Assembly (NCBI GenBank): GCA_015272465.1
Contig: JACYLR010000167.1
Coordinates: 1 to 49,368, forward strand
Direction of reading: 5' to 3'
Length of the DNA stretch: 49,368 nucleotides
DNA from: Gloeomargaritaceae cyanobacterium C42_A2020_066
Lineage (GTDB): Bacteria; Cyanobacteriota; Cyanobacteriia; Gloeomargaritales; Gloeomargaritaceae
Numbering within the stretch: the stretch's first letter is position 1; every line of letters begins with the position of its first letter. The notes under the pieces were generated by a model, which saw nothing but the letters and a program-made list of their open reading frames with translations, was not told where the DNA came from and searched no databases. Shown here piece by piece: positions 18,160 through 27,437 of this stretch. A program made the position numbers and the translations under genes.

Positions 18160-19281
18160 ATGGGGAAACCCACAGGGCTGATACAACTGGGAGGCCAGTG
18201 GGTCGGGGTGATCCTCTGCCTGGGCCTCGTGCTGATTTTAGGGGGCTGCCAACTGCCCCGCCGGCCGGCCGTGGATCGGCTATTCCTCCCCTTGACCCTG
18301 AGCGAAGTCACCTCGGCCGCATGGCCCATGCTGACTGCTGAACCCTCGCCAGTTGCAGGCTTAACCTACGATCCCCAAGTCGATCGCTATGTTTCCCTGA
18401 GCGTCCAAGGCCAGATTGACACCCTAGACCTGACATCCCCGGAAACTGCGGCTTCTCCAGAGGCTCATGGATTACATCCTCCTGGAGTCACCCTGCAGTG
18501 GGCCGGGGCTGAAGCCAACGATCCTGAAGCCATCGCAGTTCAAGGACTGGTTTGGGAGAACGCCCACCAGATTTGGGTGATGGGGGAAGACTCGCCAGGC
18601 ACGCAACTTCTGGTCGGCCGCTTCCAGATGCCGGCCGGCCGTCAGGAAACCGCCCTGCGCCTACCGCCCACCTATGGGGTGCTAGATGACGCCAAGGATG
18701 CGCGCCCCCTGCCACCCTTTGGGGGGATAACCCTCAGTCCCGACCGGGAGCGGCTCTTTGCCCTACTCAGTCGGCCCCTGCCCCAGGATGAACCCCCTAC
18801 TCAACCAGATGCGGTCTCCATCTGTCGCTTGCTGCACTATTACTTAGTCACCCCGGAGCCGACCCTGGTGGCGGAACATGGCTATCCCCTCGACCCAGAA
18901 CTGGTCGCTACCGGCCAGGCCCAAGTGGTCGGTCTGCTGGCGGTGGATGCGGCCGGCCGGTTCCTCACCCTGGAGGTGGGGGGGACACTCGATCACCCCC
19001 AAGCCAAGCTCTTCCAAGTGACGACTGCCGGAGCAACCGATACCCTGGCGATTAAATCCCTAGCCCAGCCGGTATCTGGGGTACGGCTGCTGCGGAAGCG
19101 CCTTGTTGCGGATCTGAGCCACACGGCCCCCTCGGTGGGTCTGCCCCACACCCTGAGCTGGGGGGCGGATCTGACCGATGGCAGTCAGCGGATTCTGGTG
19201 CTGAGCCGCAACTCCGACACGAATGTTGAAACCCTCCTGCAATTCCGGCTGAGTCGGGAGGGCACGCTTGCCCCCACCTGA
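18160..19281 (+). CDS. Hypothetical lipoprotein, possibly phytase-like/esterase-like beta-propeller domain
   Basis: 373-aa ORF with a lipobox LILGGC. AGLTYDPQVDRYVSLS resembles the start of phytase-like (esterase-like activity of phytase) domains. This assignment is weak. Confidence 0.5.
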   Translation: MGKPTGLIQLGGQWVGVILCLGLVLILGGCQLPRRPAVDRLFLPLTLSEVTSAAWPMLTAEPSPVAGLTYDPQVDRYVSLSVQGQIDTLDLTSPETAASPEAHGLHPPGVTLQWAGAEANDPEAIAVQGLVWENAHQIWVMGEDSPGTQLLVGRFQMPAGRQETALRLPPTYGVLDDAKDARPLPPFGGITLSPDRERLFALLSRPLPQDEPPTQPDAVSICRLLHYYLVTPEPTLVAEHGYPLDPELVATGQAQVVGLLAVDAAGRFLTLEVGGTLDHPQAKLFQVTTAGATDTLAIKSLAQPVSGVRLLRKRLVADLSHTAPSVGLPHTLSWGADLTDGSQRILVLSRNSDTNVETLLQFRLSREGTLAPT

Positions 19282-19328
19282 ACAACAGGATAGGCTTACG
19301 CTGTAGGTTTGGCCCCCAATGGACAGTC

Positions 19329-22300
19329 TTGGCCGCCCGCGGGTACCCCGTGTCTGTTCCCGAAACTCCCGGTTCTCAACACTCCCCGCCCCCGTCTTGG
19401 CCCGTTGGCTGGTTGACGGCTGGCCTAGTGATCGGTGGTGGCCTAGCGGGGGCGTACTGGGCTGGCTCAATATTTCTTGAGGAACGGCTAGCCCCCCTGA
19501 TCGCTGAAAAACTGGAAGCGGTGATCGAGCGGCCGGTAGCGTTGGGGCCAGTGGAACAGGTCACCTGGAACAGCCTACGGCTCGGCCCCTCCCGGCTCCC
19601 TGCGACGGCCACCGATCCCACCCAGGTTGCCGCGAAAGCCCTTCAGGTACGGGTGGACTGGTGGCACTTCCTCCAGAACCGGGAACTGCTCCTGGGAGTA
19701 GAGGTAATCGAGCCAGATCTGCGTTTGCAGCAAACGGCCGAGGGTCGCTGGACAAACTTTCGCCTCAAGCCCCAACCCCAGGGCCCCTTCACCGTGCGCC
19801 TGGATCAGGCCCGTCTGCACAAGGGCCGGGTCACCCTAATCCCCCACCGCACCGGCCGGCCGCAGGTGTTTGACCAAATTCAGGCCACTGCTCGCCAACG
19901 CCCCGGCCGGCCGCTGGGGTTCACCTGGACAGCCAGCGCCCAAGGCCCCGACCAAAGCCGTCTTGAGGTGAGGGAGGGTCAATGGACGGCGGTTGATAAT
20001 CAGGTCAGCCTCACCCTCGGCCTCCAGGGCTTGCCCCTGACGACCCTGGCGGCCCTCGCCCCCCAACCCCTACCCCTCACGGCCGGCCGGTTGACGGTGC
20101 CCCAGATGACCGTGGCCTGGGTACCGGGTCAACGACCCCAGGTGGCGGGGGAGGCCCAGGTGGAAGGGGTCACGGCCCAACTGCCTGGCTTGCCCGGCCG
20201 CCTCACCCAGGGCCAAGCCGTCGCCCGCGTTCAGGGGACAGCCCTTGAGATTCAGACCGCCCGCGGGGTCGTGGGTCCCCTCCAGGCCCAGGTGCGGGGA
20301 ACCCTTGACCTGAAGACCGGCTACCAACTCACAGCCCAGTTGGGATCTGCGCCAACTCAGCCGCCTAGCCGCACCCCCTCTCCCCCAGAACTACCGCCCT
20401 TTACCCTGGCCCAGGTGTTTGCCGCGGCCGGCCGCACACCTCCAGCGCTACCGATCCAAGGACAGTTCCAAGCCAGCGCCCGGATTAGCGGACCCCTTAA
20501 CCAGCCGCAGGTGGCAGCCACGGTCACCAGCGCCGGGCCAATTCAGGTGGATCGGGTCAGCCTCCGCCGCCTGGAGGTGCAAACCACCCTCAACCTGGGA
20601 ACCCAGACCGTGGACGTGCGGCGCCTGCGGGCCGAACTGGCGGGGGGCGGCCAACTCACAGGTCAGGGCCAACTCCAGGTGGGGAACCGGCCCCGCCTTA
20701 ACTTCAGCCTGTTTGCCCAGGGGTTACCGGCAGACACCCTGGCCCAGCGCTATGGCCAAAAACTGCCGTTCCCAGTCGGGACCGTCAATCTCCAGGGGCA
20801 AATCCTGGGTGACCTCGGCCGGCCGCAAATCCAAGTCGCCTGGCAAGCACCTCATGCACCGGTGACTGCCTTTGGGGAGGTGGTCATCCAGGGAAACACC
20901 GTGCAACTGTCAGCCCAGGCCGGCCCCGCCACCCTGGTAGGCACCCTGCAAGCCCGCTGGAGCCAGGCAACCCCCATTGAGGCCCTCGACCTCGCCGTCA
21001 CCCTCCAGCCCACGGAGATCGCCACCCTGCCAGTTCCGATCCCGGCCGGCCTCAAGGCCGAGGGTTTGGTGAGCTTTGAGGGGCGGTTGCTAGGCACCCT
21101 CCGGCAGCCCCAACTCCGGGGGGATCTGGCCCTAGACGGCCTCCGTCTCAACCGCTTTGAGTTTGAACCGCTCCTGAGCGGCCCCCTCGCCCTCGCGCCC
21201 GGCGCGCCCCTAGACATTGACTTGGAGGGAGGATCGGATCGGATTCGTGCCCGGCTTTCCCCCCAAGGCCGTTTACAAGCCCTCTTGGTTCAGCGGCAAG
21301 ACACCCGCATCGTCGGCCGGCCGCAGGGAGACTTGCTTGCGCTCACCCTCACCAACCTGCCCCTGAGTGTGCTCGGCCTCTCCGCCCTGGTGGGCCGGGT
21401 GAATGCCACCGCTCTCCTGGATGAACGCCGCCGCCAAGTCCAGGGAGAAGTCCGGGCCGATGGCCTGCGCTGGGGCAACCTCTTGGCCGAGGGCATGACC
21501 AGTGACTTCCGCTGGGCCGGCAACCGCCTCACCTTCAGCAACGGTGAACTCCGTCAGCGCCAGAGCCGCTATCAGTTCCAGGGCTTTTTCCAGCCTGGTG
21601 ACCAGCCCCAGTGGGAGGCCCAGGTACAGGTCGTTGATGCCTCGATCACCGATTTGGCACCCGCTTTCTCACCCCCTTCCACCGCCAGTGCCGCCGATCT
21701 GTTCACCCGGCCGGCCGGCCGGCCCCAGGCCAACCTCTTTACCCAGCTGGCCTACTTCGATCAGCTTCTCGCCCAACTTCAGGCCCAGCTTGCTCAACAA
21801 CAGCAAACCTTCGGTCTGCCCGATCCCCAGGACTTGCGCGGCCAGTGGCGCGGTCAACTTCAGGCCCGCAGCACCACTCCTGGCCAATTCAGCGCCGTAT
21901 TTAATCTGCTGGGCCAGGACTGGGTCTGGGATACCTACAAGGCCGAGCGGGTAGTGGCCCAAGGCACCTACGCCGGGGATTTCAACCGAGGCCAACTCAC
22001 CCTCAGTCCGGTACGGCTCCAGCAGGACGACATGACCATCGTTTTTGCGGGTCAATTGGGGGGCGACCAACAAAGTGGACAGTTGCTGGCCAGTCGTGTC
22101 CCCATTCCCCTGCTCCGCGACCTCCTCCCCCTACCTCCTAAGCTCAAAGGCTTTCTCAACGCTGAAGCCACCTTGGCGGGCAGCCTAGCCAACCCCCAGG
22201 CCAAGGGGGAAATCCAATTGGTTGAGGTGGCCCTCAACGGCACACCTTTGGAAGGGGGGCGCAGTAGCTTTAGTTTTGGGGATAGTCGGCTGCGTTTCGG

Positions 22301-23873
22301 CGCCGAGGTTCGTCTAGCTGAAGCCACCACAGAACCCCTAGAGGCCGTCGGCAGCATCCCCTTCCAGGTGCCCTTCTCCCAGGTCAAGCCCGACAGCGAT
22401 GAAATCCGTCTCGATCTCCAGGTGGAAAACGAGGGACTGACGCTGCTCAACCTCCTAACCCCCCAGGCCCAGTGGTTAGGCGGAGAAGGACGCATCAGCC
22501 TCCAGACACGGGGTACCTTCCGTGACCCAGAGGTGACCGGATTGGCCCAATTCCAAGCGGCCAAGATCGGCACCCGCGCCCTCCCCAAGCCCATCGAAGC
22601 CGTGACCGGCGAGATTCGCTTCCAGGGAGACCGCCTCCGGGTAGAGTCCCTCCAGGGAGAACTCAATGGGGGACTGCTGATCGCCTCTGGTGAACTGCCC
22701 ATTGCGGACACGGCCCAGAAAATCGAGAATCCCCTGACCCTCCGCCTAGACAATCTGAAGCTCGATTTGGAAAACCTCTACCGGGGCCAAGTCAAGGGCG
22801 CGGTCGCCGTGACGGGCAGCCTACTGAAGCCCCGCATTGGGGGGCGCGTCAATGTTACCCAGGGCCAGATTCAGTTTGAGGGCGCGCTCCCGCTACCCAC
22901 CCAGGGTGAGAATGGCAGCAGCGCTGCGAATGCCAATGGAGAAGTTAAACCGCCAGCCGCAACGCCTACGAGTGCCACCGCATCCCTCCCAGCCCAGTTC
23001 CAGGATTTTGAGATTGCCCTCGGCCCGAACCTACGAGTGACCCGCTCCCAAGGTCCCGAAATGAGCATTGAGGCCGAGGGGGTCATCACCCTCAATGGCA
23101 GTCTCAGTCAACCCCAACCCTCAGGAAGGGTGCGGCTGCCCCGCGGCGAGGTCAACCTCTACCTCACTCGTTTTCGCCTGGATCGCAACCATGCCAACCG
23201 GGTGCAGTTTTTCCCGCAGCGGTCGATTACTGACCCCGATCTGGATCTCCGTCTGTTGACGACCGTGACCCAGCCTGGGGGACAGGGGGTGGGGTTCCGT
23301 TTTCCCCGGGGCATTTTGGATAACGAAATCCCAATTACTGTCACAGAGCGGGTAGCGGGCCTAGAAACGGTACGGATTCAAGCCGCTATTAAGGGGCCAG
23401 TGGCGCGGGTACCTGGCAACCTGGAATTGACGAGCGTCCCCAGTCGGGGCCGGGATGAGATCCTCGCCCTGATTGGTGGATTCTCCCGTCCCTATGATCC
23501 GCAGGGTGGGGCCGAACTCTTCCTCGCCAACTTGGCAGGCAGTGCCTTGCTCAACAGCATTTCCCGCGCCTACGACACGGATTTTGGCGGCATCTCGTGG
23601 CGGTTCTTCCCTACCCTCTTGCCCGTGTTGTCTTCCGAAAACCGGGACATTCAGCAGTCAGCGCTGGCCTTGGGTGGAGAGGTGCGTTTGGATGTAGGTG
23701 CGTTTTCTGCATCCTTCCTGCAAATCCTCACCAGTTTCGGCTCCGAGGTGGCCAATCCAGGACTCTCCCAGTTGGCGCTCAGCTACCGCTTTAGCGATAG
23801 TTGGCGACTGCGGGTGGTGGGAGCCTCGGATGGAGATAACCGAGTTGTGTTGGAATACCAGTCCCGATTTTAG
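19329..23873 (+). CDS. TamB / translocation-and-assembly-module (DUF490, AsmA-like) giant envelope protein, Tic236-type
   Basis: 1514 aa. It has an N-terminal TM anchor (WLTAGLVIGGGLAGAYWAG), a long beta-rich repetitive body, and a typical TamB C-terminus (GGEVRLDVG...LSYRFSDSWRLRVVG...LEYQSRF). The track start is TTG, so the exact start is uncertain. Confidence 0.85.
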   Translation: MAARGYPVSVPETPGSQHSPPPSWPVGWLTAGLVIGGGLAGAYWAGSIFLEERLAPLIAEKLEAVIERPVALGPVEQVTWNSLRLGPSRLPATATDPTQVAAKALQVRVDWWHFLQNRELLLGVEVIEPDLRLQQTAEGRWTNFRLKPQPQGPFTVRLDQARLHKGRVTLIPHRTGRPQVFDQIQATARQRPGRPLGFTWTASAQGPDQSRLEVREGQWTAVDNQVSLTLGLQGLPLTTLAALAPQPLPLTAGRLTVPQMTVAWVPGQRPQVAGEAQVEGVTAQLPGLPGRLTQGQAVARVQGTALEIQTARGVVGPLQAQVRGTLDLKTGYQLTAQLGSAPTQPPSRTPSPPELPPFTLAQVFAAAGRTPPALPIQGQFQASARISGPLNQPQVAATVTSAGPIQVDRVSLRRLEVQTTLNLGTQTVDVRRLRAELAGGGQLTGQGQLQVGNRPRLNFSLFAQGLPADTLAQRYGQKLPFPVGTVNLQGQILGDLGRPQIQVAWQAPHAPVTAFGEVVIQGNTVQLSAQAGPATLVGTLQARWSQATPIEALDLAVTLQPTEIATLPVPIPAGLKAEGLVSFEGRLLGTLRQPQLRGDLALDGLRLNRFEFEPLLSGPLALAPGAPLDIDLEGGSDRIRARLSPQGRLQALLVQRQDTRIVGRPQGDLLALTLTNLPLSVLGLSALVGRVNATALLDERRRQVQGEVRADGLRWGNLLAEGMTSDFRWAGNRLTFSNGELRQRQSRYQFQGFFQPGDQPQWEAQVQVVDASITDLAPAFSPPSTASAADLFTRPAGRPQANLFTQLAYFDQLLAQLQAQLAQQQQTFGLPDPQDLRGQWRGQLQARSTTPGQFSAVFNLLGQDWVWDTYKAERVVAQGTYAGDFNRGQLTLSPVRLQQDDMTIVFAGQLGGDQQSGQLLASRVPIPLLRDLLPLPPKLKGFLNAEATLAGSLANPQAKGEIQLVEVALNGTPLEGGRSSFSFGDSRLRFGAEVRLAEATTEPLEAVGSIPFQVPFSQVKPDSDEIRLDLQVENEGLTLLNLLTPQAQWLGGEGRISLQTRGTFRDPEVTGLAQFQAAKIGTRALPKPIEAVTGEIRFQGDRLRVESLQGELNGGLLIASGELPIADTAQKIENPLTLRLDNLKLDLENLYRGQVKGAVAVTGSLLKPRIGGRVNVTQGQIQFEGALPLPTQGENGSSAANANGEVKPPAATPTSATASLPAQFQDFEIALGPNLRVTRSQGPEMSIEAEGVITLNGSLSQPQPSGRVRLPRGEVNLYLTRFRLDRNHANRVQFFPQRSITDPDLDLRLLTTVTQPGGQGVGFRFPRGILDNEIPITVTERVAGLETVRIQAAIKGPVARVPGNLELTSVPSRGRDEILALIGGFSRPYDPQGGAELFLANLAGSALLNSISRAYDTDFGGISWRFFPTLLPVLSSENRDIQQSALALGGEVRLDVGAFSASFLQILTSFGSEVANPGLSQLALSYRFSDSWRLRVVGASDGDNRVVLEYQSRF
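21709..21724. repeat. (GGCC)4 run, the longest local form of the iterated palindrome GGCCGGCC
   Basis: Read directly. It encodes TRPAGRPQ inside tamB. It is one example of about 100 GGCCGGCC loci in the window; others include 1295-1306, 1937-1944 and 3283-3294. Confidence 0.95.
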
Positions 23874-23877
23874 GCGG

Positions 23878-24393
23878 ATGACTGCCGCTTCCTGGATCAC
23901 CCTCAGTCGCTTGCTGGTGTTGCCAGTGGTTCTGGTGCTGATCCCTGGGGATGCCAGGGCCAATGGCTGGGCGGCCGGCCTGTTTGGGGTGGCCTGTGCG
24001 ACGGATGCTCTGGATGGTTGGGTGGCCCGGCGCTGGGGGCAGGTGACTGAACTGGGTAAATGGCTCGATCCTCTGGTGGATAAGGGACTGGTGCTGGGGA
24101 TTTTGATTGCCCTGGTGGAGCAGCAGCGGATACCGGCCTGGGGGGTGGTGTTGATCCTGATCCGGGAGTTGGGCATTACAGCCTGGCGGGCCGGCCGGCC
24201 GCAGGTACCGGGGGCGGATTGGGGAGGCAAGCTCAAAACCCTTACACAGATGGTGGCGGTCATACTCCTCCTCGCCCCCCTGCCCCGGCCCTGGCTAAGG
24301 TTAGGCCAATGGTGCTTCTGGTTGGCCGTGGTTCTCACCTGGATCTCAGCCTGGGGGTACCTCAGGGGGCCAGCCAAGTCGGTGCAGGGATAG
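23878..24393 (+). CDS. pgsA: CDP-diacylglycerol--glycerol-3-phosphate 3-phosphatidyltransferase
   Basis: The CDP-alcohol phosphatidyltransferase motif DALDGWVARRWGQVTELGKWLDPLVDK is present. I prefer the ATG at 23878, 4 nt after the tamB stop. The track ORF start at 23698 lies inside tamB. Confidence 0.85.
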   Translation: MTAASWITLSRLLVLPVVLVLIPGDARANGWAAGLFGVACATDALDGWVARRWGQVTELGKWLDPLVDKGLVLGILIALVEQQRIPAWGVVLILIRELGITAWRAGRPQVPGADWGGKLKTLTQMVAVILLLAPLPRPWLRLGQWCFWLAVVLTWISAWGYLRGPAKSVQG

Positions 24394-24502
24394 ATTCCGG
24401 ACAGGACTAGGCTGGGCAGCACCACCGATTTGGCCCTGGATCAGCGGCCGGCCGCGCCCCGATGCAGAACCCAGTAGAATGTAGTTCTCTACTGCCAGAG
24501 TC

Positions 24503-25573
24503 ATGGGCATGGTTCCCCCTCCCCAGCCACCGGAACTGAACGCCCTCCGCACTGAACTTCTCGATCTCCTGGCCGGATTACCGGAGCACTCCCACGCTCA
24601 CTTAGTGACGCAAGCCTTAAGTGCCCTGCTGCGTCTAGCCCGTAGTCCCCAGGTGGATCGGCTGGACTGGAAGATTTTTAGCGGGGCGGTACAGGACATG
24701 GAGAAGGGGTTTCAGACCTTCTGCCCCTATCGCCATGTGCGCAAGGTCGCCATTTTTGGTTCGGCCCGGCTGCCAGAAGACTCGCCTGAATATCAGATGG
24801 CGCTGAAGTTTGCCCAGGTCATGACGCATCAAGGCTTTATGGTGTTGACCGGCGCTGGGGGAGGGATCATGGCTGCGGGTAATGCAGGAGCCGGCTCGGA
24901 GCACTCCTTCGGCCTGAATATCCAACTTCCCTTTGAACAGGACAGCAACCCCTACATTGCTGGGGATCACAAGCTGATTGACTTTAAGTACTTTTTCACC
25001 CGCAAGCTCTTTTTCCTCCGGGAAACGGATGCCCTAGCCCTATTCCCAGGGGGGTTTGGTACCCAGGACGAGGCCTTTGAGTCTCTTACCCTCTGTCAGA
25101 ACGGTAAATCGCCCCCCATACCCATTGTCCTGGTTGATACACCGGGTGGGGACTATTGGCGGGCCTGGCAAGCCTATATCCACCGCTATTTGGAGCAGCG
25201 GCAGTTAATCAGCCCGGAGGATGTACAGCTCTACACCTGGACGGACTCGATTGAGGGGGCGGTGGCGGCGATCCGGGACTTTTATCGGGTCTATCACTCC
25301 TGCCGGTATGTGGGCGAGCGGTTGGTGGTGCGCCTCACCCATGCGGTCAGTGACCAGGCTGTGGCCCAACTCAACAACGAGTTTCAGGACATGATTGCGG
25401 CCGGCCGGCTGGAGAAAACGGTCACGCTGCCTGAAGAGCAGGGGGATGACACGGTGGATTTGCCGCGCCTAGTCATGACCTTTGACCCCCGCTGCTATGG
25501 CCGCCTCTACCAGTTCATCCGTGCCCTCAACCGCCTAGGGGCGACCCGCGACGACCGCCCGGAACGGAAATAG
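24503..25573 (+). CDS. LOG / TIGR00730-family nucleotide 5'-monophosphate nucleosidase-like protein (PpnN-like, extended)
   Basis: Motifs GAGGGIMAAGNAGA and PGGFGTQDEAFE (PGGxGTxxE) are present. At 356 aa it has extra N- and C-terminal regions. A TAGAAT -10-like hexamer sits at 24475-24480. Confidence 0.75.
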   Translation: MGMVPPPQPPELNALRTELLDLLAGLPEHSHAHLVTQALSALLRLARSPQVDRLDWKIFSGAVQDMEKGFQTFCPYRHVRKVAIFGSARLPEDSPEYQMALKFAQVMTHQGFMVLTGAGGGIMAAGNAGAGSEHSFGLNIQLPFEQDSNPYIAGDHKLIDFKYFFTRKLFFLRETDALALFPGGFGTQDEAFESLTLCQNGKSPPIPIVLVDTPGGDYWRAWQAYIHRYLEQRQLISPEDVQLYTWTDSIEGAVAAIRDFYRVYHSCRYVGERLVVRLTHAVSDQAVAQLNNEFQDMIAAGRLEKTVTLPEEQGDDTVDLPRLVMTFDPRCYGRLYQFIRALNRLGATRDDRPERK

Positions 25574-25630
25574 GCCAGCGAGGGTCATTCCTACAATAGG
25601 GGCGTGCCTTTCCCCTATGAGGAACTGACG

Positions 25631-26164
25631 ATGCATTGGCGTGCTGTAGTGATCGTGGGTGTTGGGTTGGCGGGACTGGCCGGCCGGCCGCTGCTGGCTC
25701 AAGCTGCTGACCCGGCAGATATCCAGAAACTGAAGCAAACCCGTGTCTGTCCGGGGTGCCAGCTTGCCGGGGCGGATTTGCGGGGGTTCAACCTCTCCCG
25801 GGCCAACCTGCAAGGGGCCAATCTCCAGAATGCCCAACTGGGGAGTGCTGGTTTCAACCGCACTGACCTCAGCCGAGCCAACCTCCAAGGGGCGAACCTT
25901 GCTGGAGCTGACCTGTCAGGCGCGTTTCTGTTCAAGGCCGATTTACAAGGGGCACTCCTCCAGGGAACCAATCTCAGTCAGACCAGTATGCTGGGGGTCA
26001 ACCTGACGGGGGCGGACTTGACGGGGGCCAATCTCGCCCAGTCGGTACTGGTCAACGCCAATCTGACGAACGCCAACTTTACCAATGCCCAGTTGATTGG
26101 CACCTACATGGTGCAAAACCAGATGCAAGGGGCGCGCCTGCCCGACGGCATCCTACAACCGTGA
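25631..26164 (+). CDS. Pentapeptide-repeat protein with signal peptide (lumenal/periplasmic type)
   Basis: The signal MHWRAVVIVGVGLAGLAGRPLLAQA is followed by continuous A(D/N)LxG-type pentapeptides (ADLRGFNLSRANLQGANLQNAQL...). I prefer the ATG at 25631, downstream of a TACAAT hexamer at 25592-25597. Confidence 0.85.
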   Translation: MHWRAVVIVGVGLAGLAGRPLLAQAADPADIQKLKQTRVCPGCQLAGADLRGFNLSRANLQGANLQNAQLGSAGFNRTDLSRANLQGANLAGADLSGAFLFKADLQGALLQGTNLSQTSMLGVNLTGADLTGANLAQSVLVNANLTNANFTNAQLIGTYMVQNQMQGARLPDGILQP

Positions 26165-27429
26165 ACCCTTCCAAGCGACGACCGATAAAGCCCCTTTCCC
26201 TGGCGACCTGTCTGGCCCTGGCCATTGGTGGTTGTCAGGCGAGCGGGACGGTTTCTGCTCCGGCTCCCGGCCGGCCGGCCGAAGACTTGCCCGTGGCGGT
26301 GGAGGTGGGCACTGCCCAGTGGGGTCAGTTGGAGACTCCCCGCACCTACTCTGGCACAACCCTGGCGGATCGGGAGGTGCTGTTGCGGCCCCAGGTAGAG
26401 GGGGTAGTGCAACAACTGACGGTGGAAGCAGGGGATCGGGTGACGGCCGGCCAGGTCTTGGGCAGACTTCAGTCAGATCTACTGGCCGCAGACCTGCGGG
26501 CCGCCCAGGCCGATCTGACCAGTCGCCAGGCGGAGCGTAACCAGGCCGAAGCCCAGGTACGGCGGGCACGCACCCAAAAAAACCAGGCGGAACTGCAACT
26601 ACGCCAGGCGCGGCTGGATGCGGCCCGGTTTGCTGAACTGGCTGAGGCCGGGGCCGTTGCCGTGCAGCAGGCAGAATCAGCCCAGACCGCGGCGGACGTG
26701 GCAGCAGAAGCTCTGCGGGCGGCCGAGGAGGATGTACGCATTGCCCAACTGGCGGTGGAGACGGCCACGGCCCGCTACCAAACCCAACTGGCCTTGGTGC
26801 GCCAAGCGGAAGAACGCCTCACCCAAACCCAACTAACTTCGCCCCTGACGGGTGTCGTTTTAGAGCGCCTCACCCAGGTCGGCAACCTCGCCCGTCCTGG
26901 CGAATCCCTATTGCGACTGGGGGAACTGACCCACCTACGGATACGGGTGCCCGTGCCGGAGGGCGTGCGCCAACCCTTTCGATTTGGTAATCCTGTGACT
27001 GTGAGCTTGGATGGATTCCCAGGGGAACCCCTACGGGGAGAAGTATTGCGGGTACCCCCGGCCGCTGATCCGGCTTCGCGATTAATCCCCGTGGAAATCC
27101 GCATCCCCAATCCCCAGCAACGCTATGGGGCTGGCCTACTGGCCAAGGTGACCCCTGTGATCCCGGCCGGCCGCCAGATTGCCATTCCAGAGGCAGCCTT
27201 GGTGACCAACCGCCGCGAGCCGAGCCAGGCCCCTAGGGTCTTCATTCTCCAAGGGCCGGCCGAGGCCCCTCAGGTGGTCGCCCGTGCGGTTCAGGTGGGG
27301 GAGGTCATCGATGGCCAGGTGGTGATCACGGCGGGCCTTGCCCCCGGTGACCGCTATGTGCGCCGCAGTGATCGACCCCTCCAGCCCGGGGAGCCGGTGC
27401 GGGTCAGCGTTCTGTCCGATTCCCCCTAG
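26161..27429 (+). CDS. RND efflux periplasmic adaptor (membrane fusion protein, HlyD family)
   Basis: 422 aa. It has a lipobox LAIGGC, a long coiled-coil hairpin (AAQADLTSRQAERNQAEAQ...) and barrel domains. The GTG start overlaps the upstream stop as GTGA. Confidence 0.85.
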   Translation: MNPSKRRPIKPLSLATCLALAIGGCQASGTVSAPAPGRPAEDLPVAVEVGTAQWGQLETPRTYSGTTLADREVLLRPQVEGVVQQLTVEAGDRVTAGQVLGRLQSDLLAADLRAAQADLTSRQAERNQAEAQVRRARTQKNQAELQLRQARLDAARFAELAEAGAVAVQQAESAQTAADVAAEALRAAEEDVRIAQLAVETATARYQTQLALVRQAEERLTQTQLTSPLTGVVLERLTQVGNLARPGESLLRLGELTHLRIRVPVPEGVRQPFRFGNPVTVSLDGFPGEPLRGEVLRVPPAADPASRLIPVEIRIPNPQQRYGAGLLAKVTPVIPAGRQIAIPEAALVTNRREPSQAPRVFILQGPAEAPQVVARAVQVGEVIDGQVVITAGLAPGDRYVRRSDRPLQPGEPVRVSVLSDSP

Positions 27430-27437
27430 GACTCGTC

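Noticed and set aside
23698-23877. N-terminal extensions offered by the ORF track: pgsA from 23698, M48 from 15725, STAS from 6534 (TTG), cobW from 43111 (TTG), ssb from 45746 (GTG), and the kinase from 46883.
   Set aside because: The extensions overlap the preceding gene or run through repeats, use rare start codons, and add non-homologous low-complexity residues. Downstream ATGs give canonical N-termini.
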